Shown piece by piece: positions 39,244 to 53,537 of a DNA stretch of 64,000 bases. Both the position numbers and the translations under genes were made by a program. Every line of letters begins with the position of its first letter. Positions within the stretch are counted from its first letter, which is position 1. The DNA is from Azolla caroliniana (taxonomy: Eukaryota > Plantae > Polypodiophyta). The stretch lies in contig JBHGNT010000001.1 in the NCBI GenBank assembly GCA_043228905.1, positions 8,184,001 to 8,248,000 of the forward strand, given 5' to 3'. The notes under the pieces were generated by a model. The model was not told the DNA's origin. It made no database searches and was given only the letters and a program-made list of their open reading frames with translations.

Positions 39244-40870
39244 ATGGAGCCATCTTTCTTCTCAAGCAGAGGAGGAGGAGGAGGAGGAGGAGAAGAAGAA
39301 GAAGCAGCAGCAGAAGCGAAGAATAAGAAGAACAGCAGCAACAACAGCAGGGCTCGCCATTTCGATGAGAAGGCGAGGGCCCTGTGTTGGCAGAAAGCTG
39401 AGGTCTTGAGAGGCCGCCACCCCGAACGATGGAGGAAAGACTCTGCTGGAAACGTTGTGTGCAGAAAGTTCACCAACTGTGATGGTTGCCTCTGCCACGA
39501 ATACGATCACATCCTCCCTTTCTCTAAAGGTGAAGTAAAGCCCCAATTTTCTCTTTTCGAACCTTTGCTTTCATAACCCTAGATTCCATCTTTACACCCT
39601 AACTTTGAGCCCTCCGTATAAAAACTCTCCATAACTTCTTCGACAGCCCTTTAGACCTTAAGTTTCATCTCTCAACACTAAAGTTCAATAAGGGGTTTAG
39701 GATCTCAGTAGAAGCTGAAATTCTGGAAATTTGGTTGGTAGCAATTGTAATGTTTAGAGCTTAGAGTTTTGGATTAGCACTTAGGCTCGGGCTTCTCAAT
39801 TTAGAGCATAGGTTTTATTGCTCAGATTTCTGGATCATTGTTTAGGGCTCAGAGTTTTGGATGTAGGGTTAGGGTTCAGATTTTGGGATTTTGGATTAAG
39901 ATCCTGGGTTTTTGGATGTGGGCTATTGGGAGTCTAGTTGTGGTGTTACCATTGGAAGGATCCATTAGTATCACATTTTTGGGGTTTAAGGCCTCAAGAG
40001 GTTTTAGGATACCAGGCTGAAGTGGCAGTAGCTCCTGTAGTGACCAAAGCATGATTCTGATCAGTTTCCAATATCCGACATATTTGTGAGCTCCCTAAGC
40101 AAAGATACTCAAGACTGGCATTAATGTCATCAAAACAGTTCATTGAACATGGATATAATCATTGTTAGTATGCTGAAGTGGAAGAGTGGTTCTTGTCACA
40201 GGGCATAAATAGAGATGCACTACCGCTGTTCTATAGTGTAGCTCGGATTCTTTGCATGTTAAGATGACCAAAATCTGATATTTGCTAATAAAATAGCTAG
40301 AAATATAGCCAGACATTTTCAAATTTGTTGAAAAATGGCTGTTTGGTGATAATATAGCCAAATTAATGAAGCCATCATAGATCAAAGAACACAGTGGCCA
40401 TGGGAAGATCCTTTTTTACTTTGGGTGTATAAGTTTGGATCAGCCAAATTTATCTGTGAAAGCGTTGATATTTTCATTTTTATATCCTTTACTATAGGTG
40501 GAGAGTCGGATGCAAATAATTGCCAAATTCTTCAATCTCGAGTGAACCGTTTCAAAAGCAACAAGGAAAACTTGCAGAAGGAAGAGCTCGAACAATACTC
40601 ATGCAATCTTAAGTTTACAGGTTTGTATTATGAAGCTTAATAAGTTTTTAAGTAAATTGTACAAAGTCATGACATAAAACATAAGCTTTTACTTTTCTTG
40701 CTGAAGACAAGGAGTTGGATGTTATTGAGATGGCTGTCTATGGAAATGTTATTCGACCGGGTCTCCAGTGCAAGTGCAAAACTATTGGCGAAACATTAGG
40801 TATATTCACATCAAAAGTGAAGGGTCCAGAAATGGCATCTTGTGAACTTCCATACGAAAATTCCTCATAA
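39244..40870 (+). CDS. Conserved plant HNH endonuclease-family protein, ~190 aa; exons 39244-39529, 40498-40620, 40707-40870
   Basis: CWQKAEVLRGRHPERWRKDSAGNVVC..CDGCLCHEYDHILPFSKGGES..NCQILQSRVNRFK..DKELDVIEMAVYGNVIRPG. HNH core DH...N...N is present and phases join (573 nt). Confidence 0.9.
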
Positions 40871-41469
40871 GAAGTAGCATCTCATCAAATATAACTATAG
40901 ATGGGTACAACAGCAAAAGATGCTGGGTACCTATCGATGCTTTTCTCTTCCGAAATACGTAAAACATATTTATTCATGTCATCACATGATCTCAACGACC
41001 AGGAAAATTATTTGAGGTTGGTCTTCAAATTGACTGATATAAAGCTCACACAAGTTATATTTCAATTAGTGTGAACTTTGAAGCTCTTTGTAAATCACAT
41101 TTCATCAGTTATGGTTATTGTACTTCTCTTGTCATGTTCTTCCACATTTATGTTTCTCTATCACTCCTTGTTCCTTTGTGCTTTAGTGTTTTTATGTAAG
41201 ATGTTGTATGATGATGGTTGACTTTATGTTTCATTTTTCTCCCTTCATAGATAATATTTAGTCTCCAAGGAAGAATAGAATGTCATCTTTTTATAAGAAC
41301 TCATCTTTTTGTTACTCAAGCAATGGGTATGACCACCAATGGAAATGCTATAAACTTTAGGAAAATACCTATAAATCAAATCTACATGCTACATATTCAA
41401 AAGTTATTTACTTCATATATGACCGCAAGAGGTAAACTCGTCAAGACCCGATTTGAGAGAGGCTTAAAG

Positions 41470-42033
41470 ATTGCATCCCCTCGTTTTTGGGAGATTTGGA
41501 TGTTGATCGTAGGCTTCACCCTTTGGTGTGTGTGGAAAGCACATTGCCTAAAGGTCTTCCAAGATCTGGTATGCCCCCTGGAGGGATTGATCCTGGATAT
41601 TTGGTTTTGCGAATATTAGTTACCTACAAGTGGAGTTTGACAAGGTTTGCGGTCACTTTGGTGACATGGTCTTTGCTCGTTTACGCTTTTGGTAGAAATG
41701 ATGGAACACGCCGATGTTGATGCAAGGAGGAAATGGTCCATGGTGGAACTACCATCCCTCACGCTGGTTGTTTCCTACTCACCTCCCACCCTCCCTCCAT
41801 TGAAGCCTAGAGGATCGGGCTCTTGCAAACCGGCAATGAATGTCACTAGTTTATAGCTCTAGGTACCCACTTACATTAAGTAGAAAGTATGAGAGGATAT
41901 GTACGTAGTCTCATATTCTTGAACTTGGCTAGGGGTGTGATTCCCCGAATTATAAATAAGTCACCTTGTATAGTTTTTTTGTAAAAATCTCTCCTTACTA
42001 ATGGGAAAGTAGCTCCATTTTTGGAAAAAAAAA
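41470..42033 (+). mobile_element. 5'-truncated L1-type LINE 3' end
   Basis: Trp-rich ORF2 C-terminus-like text (RFWEIW...FTLWCVWKAHCLKVFQ...LILDIWF...WNYHPSRWLFP), then a 3'UTR-like stretch ending in an A-run at ~42026. Confidence 0.6.
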
Positions 42034-43040
42034 CCCACATTGTGGTGGTAATGTATCGTGGAAACAGGTTGACACTCCAATCTTCCTAAAGATTGGAAGT
42101 GTTTATTTACAGAATTTGTTTCTTTTGCACTCGGTCGTTAGACATAATAATCATTGGCCCATATCAAGATCTCTTTCAACATATTTTTTTGTAGTGTGGG
42201 CCCCATGGACCACAAGCTCACCACCATTATCTCCGGCCATGCAAGTGCTTCCCTCAATGCATAAACCTCGCCATTCTAGATCGACCTATGCTAGAAATCT
42301 TTCGAAGACATGTGTCGATAACAAGATTCTTTAGTCCCTTTTTATCTTATTTACTTTTATGTTTACTTAGTAACGTTTATTTTATTTTGATTTGTTGTTC
42401 TCAAAGACGAGACAACACTAAGTTGTAATCTCTTGTTTGGTCTTATAGGCAATTTTGGCCTCTTAAAAGATATTAATGTATCTTTCTTTGTTTCTTTTTA
42501 ATTTGGGTTTCAAAACCCACCTCCCAATGAATCTTCTCATAAATCAATCGGTTTCCCTTCGCCACATGAGGGCATTTGGGGTGAAATACATATCATGTAA
42601 TTGAAAGGTAGGTTACTATTTTAACATCATGGAAAGACCTCAATGTTCATATGGATTGGCAACTTTCCAAAGTGACACGTTAGCCCATCAACGGTTTAAA
42701 CAAGGTTTATGAGTGACTATAGTTGTTACTCTAGTCATCCAAAAAGGAAATCTAGATGCAATTTTGAGGAAGATGAAATTTTGTGACGTTATGCTTCTTA
42801 TAACTGTTACTACTAATGTGGTAGTTGATAGTTAACCCATTGCATCCAATCTCTAGAGGCCACAACTCACTTTAGATAACACTTCATGAAGCTCATAATA
42901 TAAACAGCTCAATTTAAAGAATGGATTGAAAAGTTGGAAACAATAACGTCTCAATCAAGAATGAGCCGAATAAGGCAACAACAAATGGTGTTTTACCATA
43001 TTACTAAAATTGTCAACAGTAAGAAGCCATTCAAAATAAG

Positions 43041-46000
43041 CTACATGGACATTGTACACTCTCCTTTTATGTTAAACTTAGGTCGTAGATGGCTCCCCGA
43101 TGTTACTCCTTCTGCAATATATCTAGCAAAAGACTCGGTGGGATGGATTGGATCCCACATTAGATAAAGGGTTGGATCGCTACAACGCTCACTTATTACA
43201 AACGTTCCGTTTACATATCCACTTGAACCACATCCAATCTCAGGCACAACATTGTACTCTCCTCCACCTCCACAACATGCCTTGAAAGGATATTGAATTC
43301 CTAAATGATAAGCAACAAATTTTATTAGTTCATTGCATGCTACATCCAATAATTTTACGAATTTATACATTCTAACAATAGTTTGGCGATTACGATGTTA
43401 GGCATTTATTTCTTTTTAAGTTCTTGAGAAATATCCAATAAAACATTGATTCACTCAAAGATTATATACACTATGACAAAAGTTCTTTGTTTTCCCCCTT
43501 CTTGAGATCTATAGAAATTATAGTGAAAAGACATTACCATATTTCTCAGGATTTTGGATGCCATCAAAGTAGATTGAATATGCATCGAAGAAAATCCATT
43601 TTGCATCTGAGAACTCCATGCTAAGGTTGTATAACAATGTCTCCATTTGTTGATTATGTAGCTCACATATGCTATTGATAATATTCTTGCATCCATGTTC
43701 GTCGTTTTCCAAGGATGAGTACTTTGTCATGAAATGGGGTGAACATCCGAATGGGGGTAGGGACATCACCAATATCTTTCTCGCCCCAAGTCCATATAGA
43801 ACCTATGAAAACAGCACCGTTATTGGCTTATTATCTAGAAATTTGGAAGCATTAAATGTTTATTCATAAATTTTAGATAAAGTTTTGCCATTGAATATAT
43901 AATGTAGTTGGTTTATAGTTCATTTTTTCTTTATCAAAGATAGAATATATAATGTAGTTGCAATCATGCTTACTTCCAAGGACTCTTTCATTGAACTTAT
44001 CACTTCACTCACAACCGTTGATACATCAAAGTCTAGTGATTCTTCTATAAGAGAAAGGTAATCATTGTCGGTTACGTCGAGAAAATATATCGCTTCAGCG
44101 ATTTGTTGTTGTGTGTATCCTTGATTGCAAAAAAGAAAAATAAACTCAAATAGATAATAAAATGTTTCACCATCCCACATTTTTAGAGAATATCCATGAA
44201 GTGAAAGATTCACATAAAAATAAATATCTTGCAATGGGATGACTAAGTGAATACAAATCAATGCAAATATGATTAATGATCTTTCAGTTAAGCACACACA
44301 GTTAAGGACATATATATGAACACACATATAGTTATAACAAGGCCCTTATCCTATATGTTGATTAACCTTGATAGGAGAGTTATGGCATTGATTTTACATT
44401 CTTGAGAGCACCGAAGGAACCAATTATTAGAAAGCATAGAGTGGTACATGAGGTCAAAGCTAGAAAATTTTAGTATGCCTACAAGCATGCATTATAACTA
44501 CTGCTCGTAGTTAAAGTTGACCCCACATTTAGGACTCTTTCTAGAGGTTTTTGAATGTAATCTATATTAAAGCATGTAGCACAATATGACGGAATCATAT
44601 ATCGCCACTCATCACGAATTGATGTTCCAATTGAAATTGGAGAAAGTGTATGACCATTTCAATTGGTTGTTTGTTTTAGGGTTGATGGTTGTTTGTTTCA
44701 ATTATCTTGGGACTTACGAGATAGATTGTTTCAAACTAATCACTTGTTTTGGTTTGAGATCATATCATAGGTGGGAAATGTGGTTGAACCACAATATTTG
44801 AGTTTCTTAGACTTCGATGGGAGGCATGCCACTTAATTATCGATTTATATGGCAGAAGTTGTAGATTACAACATTTGTTACATGGTCATAGATCCTATGT
44901 TGGTTCAACTCGAAAGCCTCTTTAGTGATTGGGGGTTTGGCCTTAAGTTCAACAATAAAGAGGCATATGGACAGGCAACTATACTTATTTGAGGAAGTGG
45001 AGATTCTCTTCAATTTAGGTGCTCTTCTTGCCTATTGGCACTTTATCATGTCATAATATCCATGTGGTGGCAACACTAAATTATCTTTAATACCAATGTG
45101 GTGTTTTTTTACATGCAATTAATTTATGTATGTGTTTAAACCACATAGAGAGAAAGAGAGGGGAGGGGGCAATACCTATATCTTGATTCGATGTTTCATT
45201 AATCATCGCTTGGGAAAGGAGATATTTAAATTGTCTGAGTTGGGTGGGAAAAGGAAATGGAGTCAACCCGTTGTCTATTGCTTTGGAGCCTGATACAGCA
45301 AAGTTTGCTCCACATGTCAAGTTGGAGTTGAATGCTTGTAAATAAGGGTTGATGAAGCCATAACCAAGTATTTGCGCTAAATGTCCCCAAAAACAAAAAA
45401 AAAGTTAAGAGGATAAAAAATGGATCTAGCAATGGTTAGTTTATAGTCATAAACGTTAGGAGAACACATATAAATGAAGCATGCATGGTCCATACTCCAA
45501 TGTATGAAACTATAGATTGCACTTTCTAGTTCAAACCCTTTTTGTTGCACACCCATGGCATGTAGAAAACTTGTGAAAAGGGTCATGGTGAAAGGGTTCC
45601 CCGTTGCATTTCCTTCATACTTCATCGACCATCACCCCATTCATTAGATCGAGTACATCCAAACCTTGTCCGAGTCTAGTATCAGTACATTAGATCAGAT
45701 CACGTATAATCGCCAAATTGTATGAGTCTAGCATTGGTAGGTACACTCTATATTGTCACAATTACGGGGTCTATGCCCTAGGTACATATGAAGAGAGACA
45801 AAAGCATGTGCTTTCCACACGCTATTAATCCCTACTCCATAAATATGTTGTCATTAAGGATACTAAGAAGACCAAGATTGGATTACTTGTCATTGTACCC
45901 ATCCACCACTAGTTGGAAAATGGAAGTGATTTACAATGGATCTAGCTATCAATAGTGATTGGACTGTGGCTACTTGCTAATGAATCTGTTAATGATGATC

Positions 46001-46624
46001 TAACCAAAGAAAGGAGGTTACAAAGGAATCAGTCACTGACAAAAAGAAAGGAGGAATAGAATTACAAGAGTTAGGAGGAGACAGATTGGATGAAAATCAG
46101 GAACAAGTTTGCAATGGAGAATCAACTATTTTGTTGCCAGCAATTATTTCGAAAGGGAGTGACAAATTGACAGAGAAAAATGGGTAGAGGATCGAAGGCA
46201 AAGCGAAAAAACTTATCATTGATGAATGATGTTTGGAATGATGAAGAGAAGAGACAAAATGGATTGAGACAAGGAGGATCTTACTGATGAAATCGATGAT
46301 GAGTCGACCGTTGCTCCATCGCCCTGCGGGCTCTGGGAAATAGTCGAGGCCATAAGGTGGGAAATTGCAGCCCTGAGAGTACGGCGTCATAGCCGAGCTT
46401 TCGCCGACATCGACCATGGAAGCTCCGAAGACGAAAAAGAGAGGGTTCCTGCATTGCCCTTGGATAATGCTTCCACCAACAGGGGCTTGCTCGCTCACCT
46501 TTCCAAAGGGATGATGATCTCCATAGCCATCCTCACGGATGCCTCTCAGCCCTGAAGATGAGCTGAGCTGAAGCAATAAGAGTAGTAGGAATACTGTGAC
46601 AAGTGTGAAGCTCACCCCCACCAT
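43041..46624 (-). CDS. Secreted GDSL/SGNH esterase-lipase, ~403 aa; exons 46624-46285, 45376-45176, 44119-43974, 43802-43538, 43300-43041
   Basis: Signal peptide; block I FVFGASMVDVG; PPYG..GRWSNGRLIIDF; GANFAVSGS; block III ..DNDY; LYGLGARK..PFGCSP; KACCG; block V WDPIHPTE. Five exons with consistent phases (1212 nt). Confidence 0.92.
44560..45060 (+). mobile_element. Decayed LINE reverse-transcriptase fragment in GDSL intron 2
   Basis: FQLKLEKVYDHFNWLF resembles the LINE RT motif LKLDLEKAYDxVxWxF. The frame is disrupted downstream. Confidence 0.5.
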
Positions 46625-47528
46625 ATTTGAAAAAGCAGTTTACAAGTTATTAGCTGGGGAAATAGAGAGAGAAGGGGGGAGGCATTATATACGAATTTGT
46701 TGGAAAATATAGTAGGGGTATTTTGGTAAATGTTCATTCATATCTTGACAAAGTAAGTGACGTTGATGTTGAATATTGGGTACTCTAAACCTCTTTTTTT
46801 GTTTCTTCTTTTTCTTTTTGGTTGGGGGGGGAGCATGCTAAAATATCTTCTCACACTTTTTGAGTCAAAGGGATGCGTGCCTTTCTCTTCGAATAGTAGC
46901 ATGAAACATGTGAAGTCCACATTATGTCCTTACTCTCCCTATGTAAAGTAGAGAGAGAGATTAATGCACGTGAAGGAAAGATTTGGCATATGTGGAAGAG
47001 GAGGATGTGGCCACAGGTAAGGACCAAACTGTTGTTATCTCATTTCTAGGGCCCCAATTATACCACGTGCCCCAAAACCTAAGATAGTCACACACGAACC
47101 TTATATTGATGGAGGGGAGATCTAACACCCCCAATGAATCCACATTCAAAATTTGACAAAACATTGTGCATAAATGATGCCCACGATTTATGTCATTTAA
47201 TATTACAACACCTTAAAGGGTTTACCTTGTCGTACCACTACTAGTGAAGTAATTTAGATGGCAACGGTTTTTTTACTGTCATGTCGTTTTAATACAAGAG
47301 AGAGAGACTGACTGACAAACAAAGAGAGGATGTAGCTAGATTCGTAAGGTTTTCCTATATGCACTAGGTTCATGGGTTCAACCCCTACATTCCACAATGA
47401 CATATAATAAATTAAGATGTATTTACAGTTTAATAGAGTGGTTAGAAAGTTGGGTCTCAAACCCAAGACCTAGGGCTAGTGGTAACCATAGGATAAGGTA
47501 ATAATTATGATAAGAGATAGATAGATAG

Positions 47529-50500
47529 TGTTAAGAATTAGGTAATTAACTACAGATTAATTAGTACCTAATTATGTGATTAAGTTAAGTGGTAGATTAA
47601 GTGATATGTGTGTGTATCTATGTGATAGGAAGTGAAAGAGGAAGTTTACACTTATGAACAACAAGAGAAGATGACCCGGGGGATGATTAACTATATTAAA
47701 AAGCATCTTCAAATACAAAAATGCCCACTATGAGGTATATATACATCTCATGTGCAATGGTGCACATGTGTGAGTAGAATATAGGTACTAAGGTGTAAAT
47801 CCTATATTAAATGAACATGGGAGTGGAGGATCTACAATGCATCCCACTCAAGTACAAAATCCTATTTAAGGCTTTAAGGTTAACACACTAACTAAATTCT
47901 ATCTAGGTAACTACTAACTTACGTGTATTGACTAAACGACTAAACTAAGTTGAGCTTGATATCTCAACACGCCCCCTCAATCTCAAGTGTGAGGCATCTG
48001 ACATCTGGTTCTGCTTTTAGTGTTGTCTGGCTTTCGATGTCGGCTTCTGTGCGACTTTCAGTGCCGGTATTTTCATGGCAGTTTCGGTTCCTCCCCCTCA
48101 AGCCTATGACAAAGGCTTGGGTCGATTGCTTTCACCCATCATGGATCACGAGCCACTTCTGTAGAGCTCTCAAGCTCTTGTTCGGCCGCTACCTTCATCG
48201 TGAAGGCATAATGATGGGCCATGTACTCGTTGTAGCTGAGCCAAGTGATGGGATTCTTCTCTCTAGAAGAACGTCGAAGTTTTTCGCTCGCCAATGTGAG
48301 CGCCTTCTTTACTCCGAGTGTCTACATGATGGGTACACCAAACTCACTGTCTATTGAGAGAGCCGACACATCCAAATCACTGTCGTCGGAGTGGTCAACT
48401 TCGTATTCGGGCATCTTACCTTTGCCTTTGTCCGATTTCGAACTTGGTCGCGACGTGCTTTGGTCGCTTGAAGGCTTCAGTGGTCCACTTAGCTCGATGG
48501 AGCTTGGAGTGTCCTTTGGTGGAGGACATGTTCAAATATTGTCCTCCGAGTTGACGTTCAACTCTTCCTCGGTCAAGCCAGGTGGAGCCGAATCGGGCTT
48601 ATACCAAGATGTTGATTTGTCGAAGACTACGTCTCGAATTACCCGAACCGCTCGGGTCGAAGGGTTATAGCACTTGTATGCCTTCTTCTCGGATGAGTAT
48701 CCTATGAGGATACATTTCTTCGACTTCGCCTCAGGCTTATGTCAATTTTCATTCGGGATGCGTACATTCACAATGCTTCTGAACACCTTGAGTTGCGACA
48801 CGATCGGCCTCCTTCCAACAAGGAGCTCATATGGAGTTAGCTCATGTACTCCATTAGTGGTGCATCGATTCATGAGATAGAGGGCCATGGATGCCGCTTC
48901 GGCCCAATAGAAGTTCGGCATGTGCTTCTCATGCATCATGGCGCATGCTACCTCGAGTATTTGCCGATTCTTCCTTTCAGTGATTGCATTTTGTTGGGGT
49001 GTGTGTTGGCATGAGAAATCTCTCTGAATGCATTCACTTTGGAGGTAGGAGGTGAACTTGTCGGAGAAGTACTCCTTGCCTCCATCTAATCGTAGGCAAC
49101 GAATGTGTGGACCGATTTCTTTTTCAACTTGCCCCTTGAGCTTTTAGAAGTGGGAGAGCACTTCACTCTTCTTCTTCATCGAGGAAGATCCATGTGTAGC
49201 GCGAGTGGTCGTCAATAAAGGTTACGTAGTATCGGCATCCGCCGATCCTCTGCGTTTCAGCCGGTCCCAATACATCCAAATGTATGACCTCGAGGAGGCC
49301 TTTGCTTGCGGAGCTCTCCTTCGGGAATGGGAGTCGATGTTGTTTGTCGAGTTGGCATGCTTCACATACTCGGTTGACTCGTTTCAACTTGAAGGTCGGA
49401 AGTCCGATGATGACTCCCTTTGTTTGCATAGCTCAGAGCCGTTGGAGGTTGATGTGGCCGACTCTCTTGTGCCACAACTCGATGTTCGTCTTAGTTTTGA
49501 CACCTTTGGCATACATGGCTGATTTCACCTCATTCAAATTGAGGATGAACATATGACCATCTCTCCATCCCTGAGCTATGATTCGGTCTTCTTTCTCGAT
49601 AAAACATCCTTCGTTGTTCAAACGAACTTGCATGCCTTGCTCCATGATTTGGCCGACCGAGACTAAATTCTTTGTTATTCTAGGCACGTGCAAGACATTC
49701 TTGCTGCAATTGTTTTGGCCGTCGTTTCCGAATAGAACGTTACCGATGCGTCGAATGGGATGTGTGGTTTCGTCTCCTATCTCTATGAAGCCGGGTCGAT
49801 CCGGCATTCTTAAGCCACGAAACCACTCTTGGTGTGATGTCATATGATGTGAGGCACCGGAGTCGATGAACCACACGTGGAATCAAAGGCCGATAGAGTT
49901 TGCTCTATGTCTCATTACAAATAGTCCACCGTAATCGTCATATTCAGAGTTGGTTGCGTAATTTGTAAGTTGTCGTCTTGTCGAAGTTGACTCGCTTCTT
50001 CTTTTTTGGTACTCCTCTCGGTGGCCGATTTTGCCGCAATAGTTGCAAGTTGCGGGCCACGTTTGTCGACATTGTTCGGCATGGAAGCTCCCCCTTCTTC
50101 CGAAGGTTCCTCAATGGATTCTGTCTTGTTGTCGAAGGTTTGAGTTCCCTTCGTTCGATGGGTTAAATTGATCTCTTCTACCGCCTCGACCTTGTCCTCG
50201 ACCACCAACTAAATTCAAGAAGAACATTTGTCTTTCCGACGTCTTGGTCTTGGTTCGGACGTGGTTCTCTTCGACCAATAGCATTGATTGAAGGTCGAAG
50301 AACGAAGGAGGGTTTTCTCTCACTAAGATTGCCACCATTAACGAGTCGAATCATTGTTCAAGGCCGCCCAAACATACTTGAACCATCTCGTCTTCGTCGA
50401 CATTTATGTTGATGGAGCCAAGCGAGTCGCAAATGCTCTTGATCTTGGAAATGTAATCCGACACAGACATATCTTTTTGTCAAATGTCGTTTAACTCTTG

Positions 50501-51437
50501 TCGGAATTAAAGCTTTCGGGCGGTCATGCTGCTAGCGAAACTTTTCTTTAAGTTCGCCCACACTTCTTTAGGTCTCTTGGCGTCTTTGCATCTCGAATGT
50601 GGCTAAGCATGTGGTCGTGGACACATGTTGTTAAGCAATACATGACTCAACTTGCGGCTTGCTCCCATGTTGAGTAGTCGGTGTTCTTTTGATTGGGTCG
50701 GTTTTCTTGTGAGTCGTTAATGTAGCTCCAATACCCTTGGCCGACAAGGTATTGGCTCATCTTGTACTCCCAAGATGATTAATTGCTCTGGTCTAGCTTT
50801 TCACTAGTGAGTGAGCTACCCATTTGTGTGTTCATGTTGATCTAGTGTCTTCCTTTTTTGTTTTTCTTCCTGTGGTCACATACACGTGCTACGAATCGGC
50901 ACTACGGTAGCCGATAGCCAGATTTTGTCGTCGCCATCTCAAACACACAATCACGGAGTCGAGTGGGCTTAGTGGATGTGCTAAACCACATGCTCTAATA
51001 CCATGTTAAGAATTAGGTAATTAACTACGAGTTAATTAGTACCTAATTATGTGATTAAGTTAAGCAAAAGATTAAGTGATATGTGTGTGTATCTATGTGA
51101 TGGGAAGTAACGTGGAAGTTTACACTTATGAACAACTAGACAAGATGGGGATGATTAACTATATTTAAAAGCATCTTCAAATACAAAAATACCCACTATG
51201 AGGTATATATACATCTCATGTGAAAAGGTGCACATGTGTGAGTAGAATATAGGTACTAAGGTGTAAGACCTATATTAAATGAACATGGGAGTGGAGGATC
51301 TACAATGTATCCCACTCAAGTACAAAATCTTATTTAAGGCTTTAAGGTCAACACACTAACTAGATTCTATCTAGGTAACTACAAAGTTACGCGTGTTAAC
51401 TAAACCACAAAACTAAGTTGAGCTTGATATCTCAACA
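47529..51437 (-). mobile_element. Degenerate Ty1/Copia LTR retrotransposon with RT/RNaseH deleted; LTRs 47529-47969 and 51004-51437
   Basis: TG...CA LTRs. PBS (minus strand) TGGTATTAGAGCA, tRNA-iMet-like, at 50991-51003; PPT ..GAGGGGGCG next to the other LTR. Gag, protease (WFIDSGASHHMT), pre-integrase (LWHKRVGH) and integrase (YYVTFIDDHSR, FYWAEA) remnants with stops and frameshifts. Coding breaks off at about the RT start. Flanks gatag/aatag lie inside a (GATA)n run. Confidence 0.92.
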
Positions 51438-53537
51438 AATAGATAGATAGATTTTATTATCATCTTCGGAGGTCAAATATGACATATGAGACCAAAAATA
51501 TTACATTTGACGTAATTCATGTAAAAGTGAGTAGTGATTCTCAATGTTCGAGAACTTTAGCAATGAATGTTGCAATTGAGATTGCACATTATGGTTGTGA
51601 GAGAAAGTTGTGTAAGGATTGGTCGGTCAAAGATGTGTGGAAAGCATGGTTGAATATGATCAAAGGCAGAGAGAGCATTTTATCAAAGTGTGCTACTCAA
51701 ACTCTTGAACTTGTTTAGGGCAAAGTATGCATAGCCAACCACTCTCATCACTTTGTTGATGCGTGGGGGGTGGAGCCAAGATCAGCTCCACCCCCCTCCC
51801 AAAGGAGTTCAAATGTGAGAAAGAGGGAGAGAGAGAGAGAGATGCACATAGAATGAGAGAGAGGGAATCGAGACAGACACGGTTAAGGGGTAACTTCAAT
51901 ATATTTCTCCTTCTTTTCATGCCCCATGGGTGGGGTTTAAATAGTACAAGATCTAATGAAGACATTATAAAAAGCCAAATGGGGGTAGTTACACCTACCC
52001 ACCTCACACATTAATATTTCATATTACACCGTACACACCTTACACATTACACCATTAACCTTCCCGTACACCTATACGGGTAACATACATACTTGTGGCC
52101 CAATGCCACGTCTCACATCACGATGTATCTAAGTCGCATGGAAGCAATGGTTTGGATGGCAGACAATAGAACAAGATGGGCTCTAACTAAATTGGGCAAA
52201 ATCCCAAAGAAATATAGAGAGAATTTGGTAAGGTAGTGAACCTTGACATTCCACAATGGTATTTTGTAAATAAGAAAAACATATTTAGTTCAAAGGAGGC
52301 TTAAATAAAAAAATGTCTTCAAAGTTGGCCATTAGTTAACCCACACATCTAATAACTTAATACTTTTGAATTTTATATCTCATCCCTCAAAATCTATTTC
52401 TAACTACATGTTGTGAAAATCCCATATATATTTGCTCCATAAAATAATCAAGTTGAGAACATATTGATAGCGAAGAGTTAACTTGCCATAAGGCCCTTTC
52501 AAACAATGATTTATACATGTCTATTGATTGAATGCAAAAGTCAAAAAAGATGGGGAAGTGATCCATATGTCGTACAAGTGCAATATGAAGTAATTCAAGT
52601 AAAAAGAATTTGGTGTTGTCGTGATGTGGCGTGCTCGAGTGTGGGAAAAACCGACGAAAGGGGGGGTCAAAATGTGCATGTGCAATGTGTGTGCACACAA
52701 AGGCAATTAATTGTGCACATGCAAAAGAAAAGGGAAAAGAAAGGGTGGAAAGGAGGTATACAAACTCGTGTAAAAGTAAGAGAGAGAAGAGATAAAAAGT
52801 AGAGAGGAGACATGCTATTAATTTCTACATATACGATTATATATTACATTATAGAGAGTTAATGGGCTAGTAGATAGACATATTGACTCACAGCTAAAGG
52901 TGCACAATTCAAATTCAGTCTTGTAATGCAACGTGATTTAAGAAATTTTATTCGTTTTGCATTTAAGACGAATGTGGCGATCCCCCTTCCTTTTTTTCCT
53001 ATAAAAGGAGGTCGAGGGGGGCTCATTTGGGAGGACAATTTTGAGAGGAGCGGACTATCACCATTTTTCTTTCGGAGCTCTTCATCTTCATCTTCACCAT
53101 TTTTCTTCATTTCATACCCCTTCATCCTCTCATCACCACGTGCTCGTCTTCTTCATGTTGGCACTCAAAGTGCTCGTTTACGGTGCTCGTGAGCCCGAGC
53201 CTCATTGGTTCGGCGTTGCTTCGCCCCCGTTCGTCGTTGCGAGCCCATGTGCTCGTCGTTCGGGTGGTCGTGGTTCATTGAGGTCAGCATTTTTGTGGTG
53301 CTCCTGTGCTCGTTTTCTATGTGTTCGTGCTTGGTGTTCCCATTTGCTCTTGTCTCTAAGGGCATTTAGTATTTATATTTTGTTGAGCTTGTGGTCAACT
53401 AGAAATTGCCACATTGTAATCAACCCCTATTTTATAAAGGGCACTCTTGCATTGCAATCGAACTTACATATCTACTTCTTTAGCCAATGTCAATCGTGTT
53501 TTCTTTGTACAATTCTCGTCTCCTTGTACGTTTTGCC

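Noticed and set aside
32870-40870. Methyltransferase + HNH as a restriction-modification system or horizontal transfer
   Set aside because: Both are spliced, conserved plant nuclear gene types separated by p31comet; there are no prokaryotic features.
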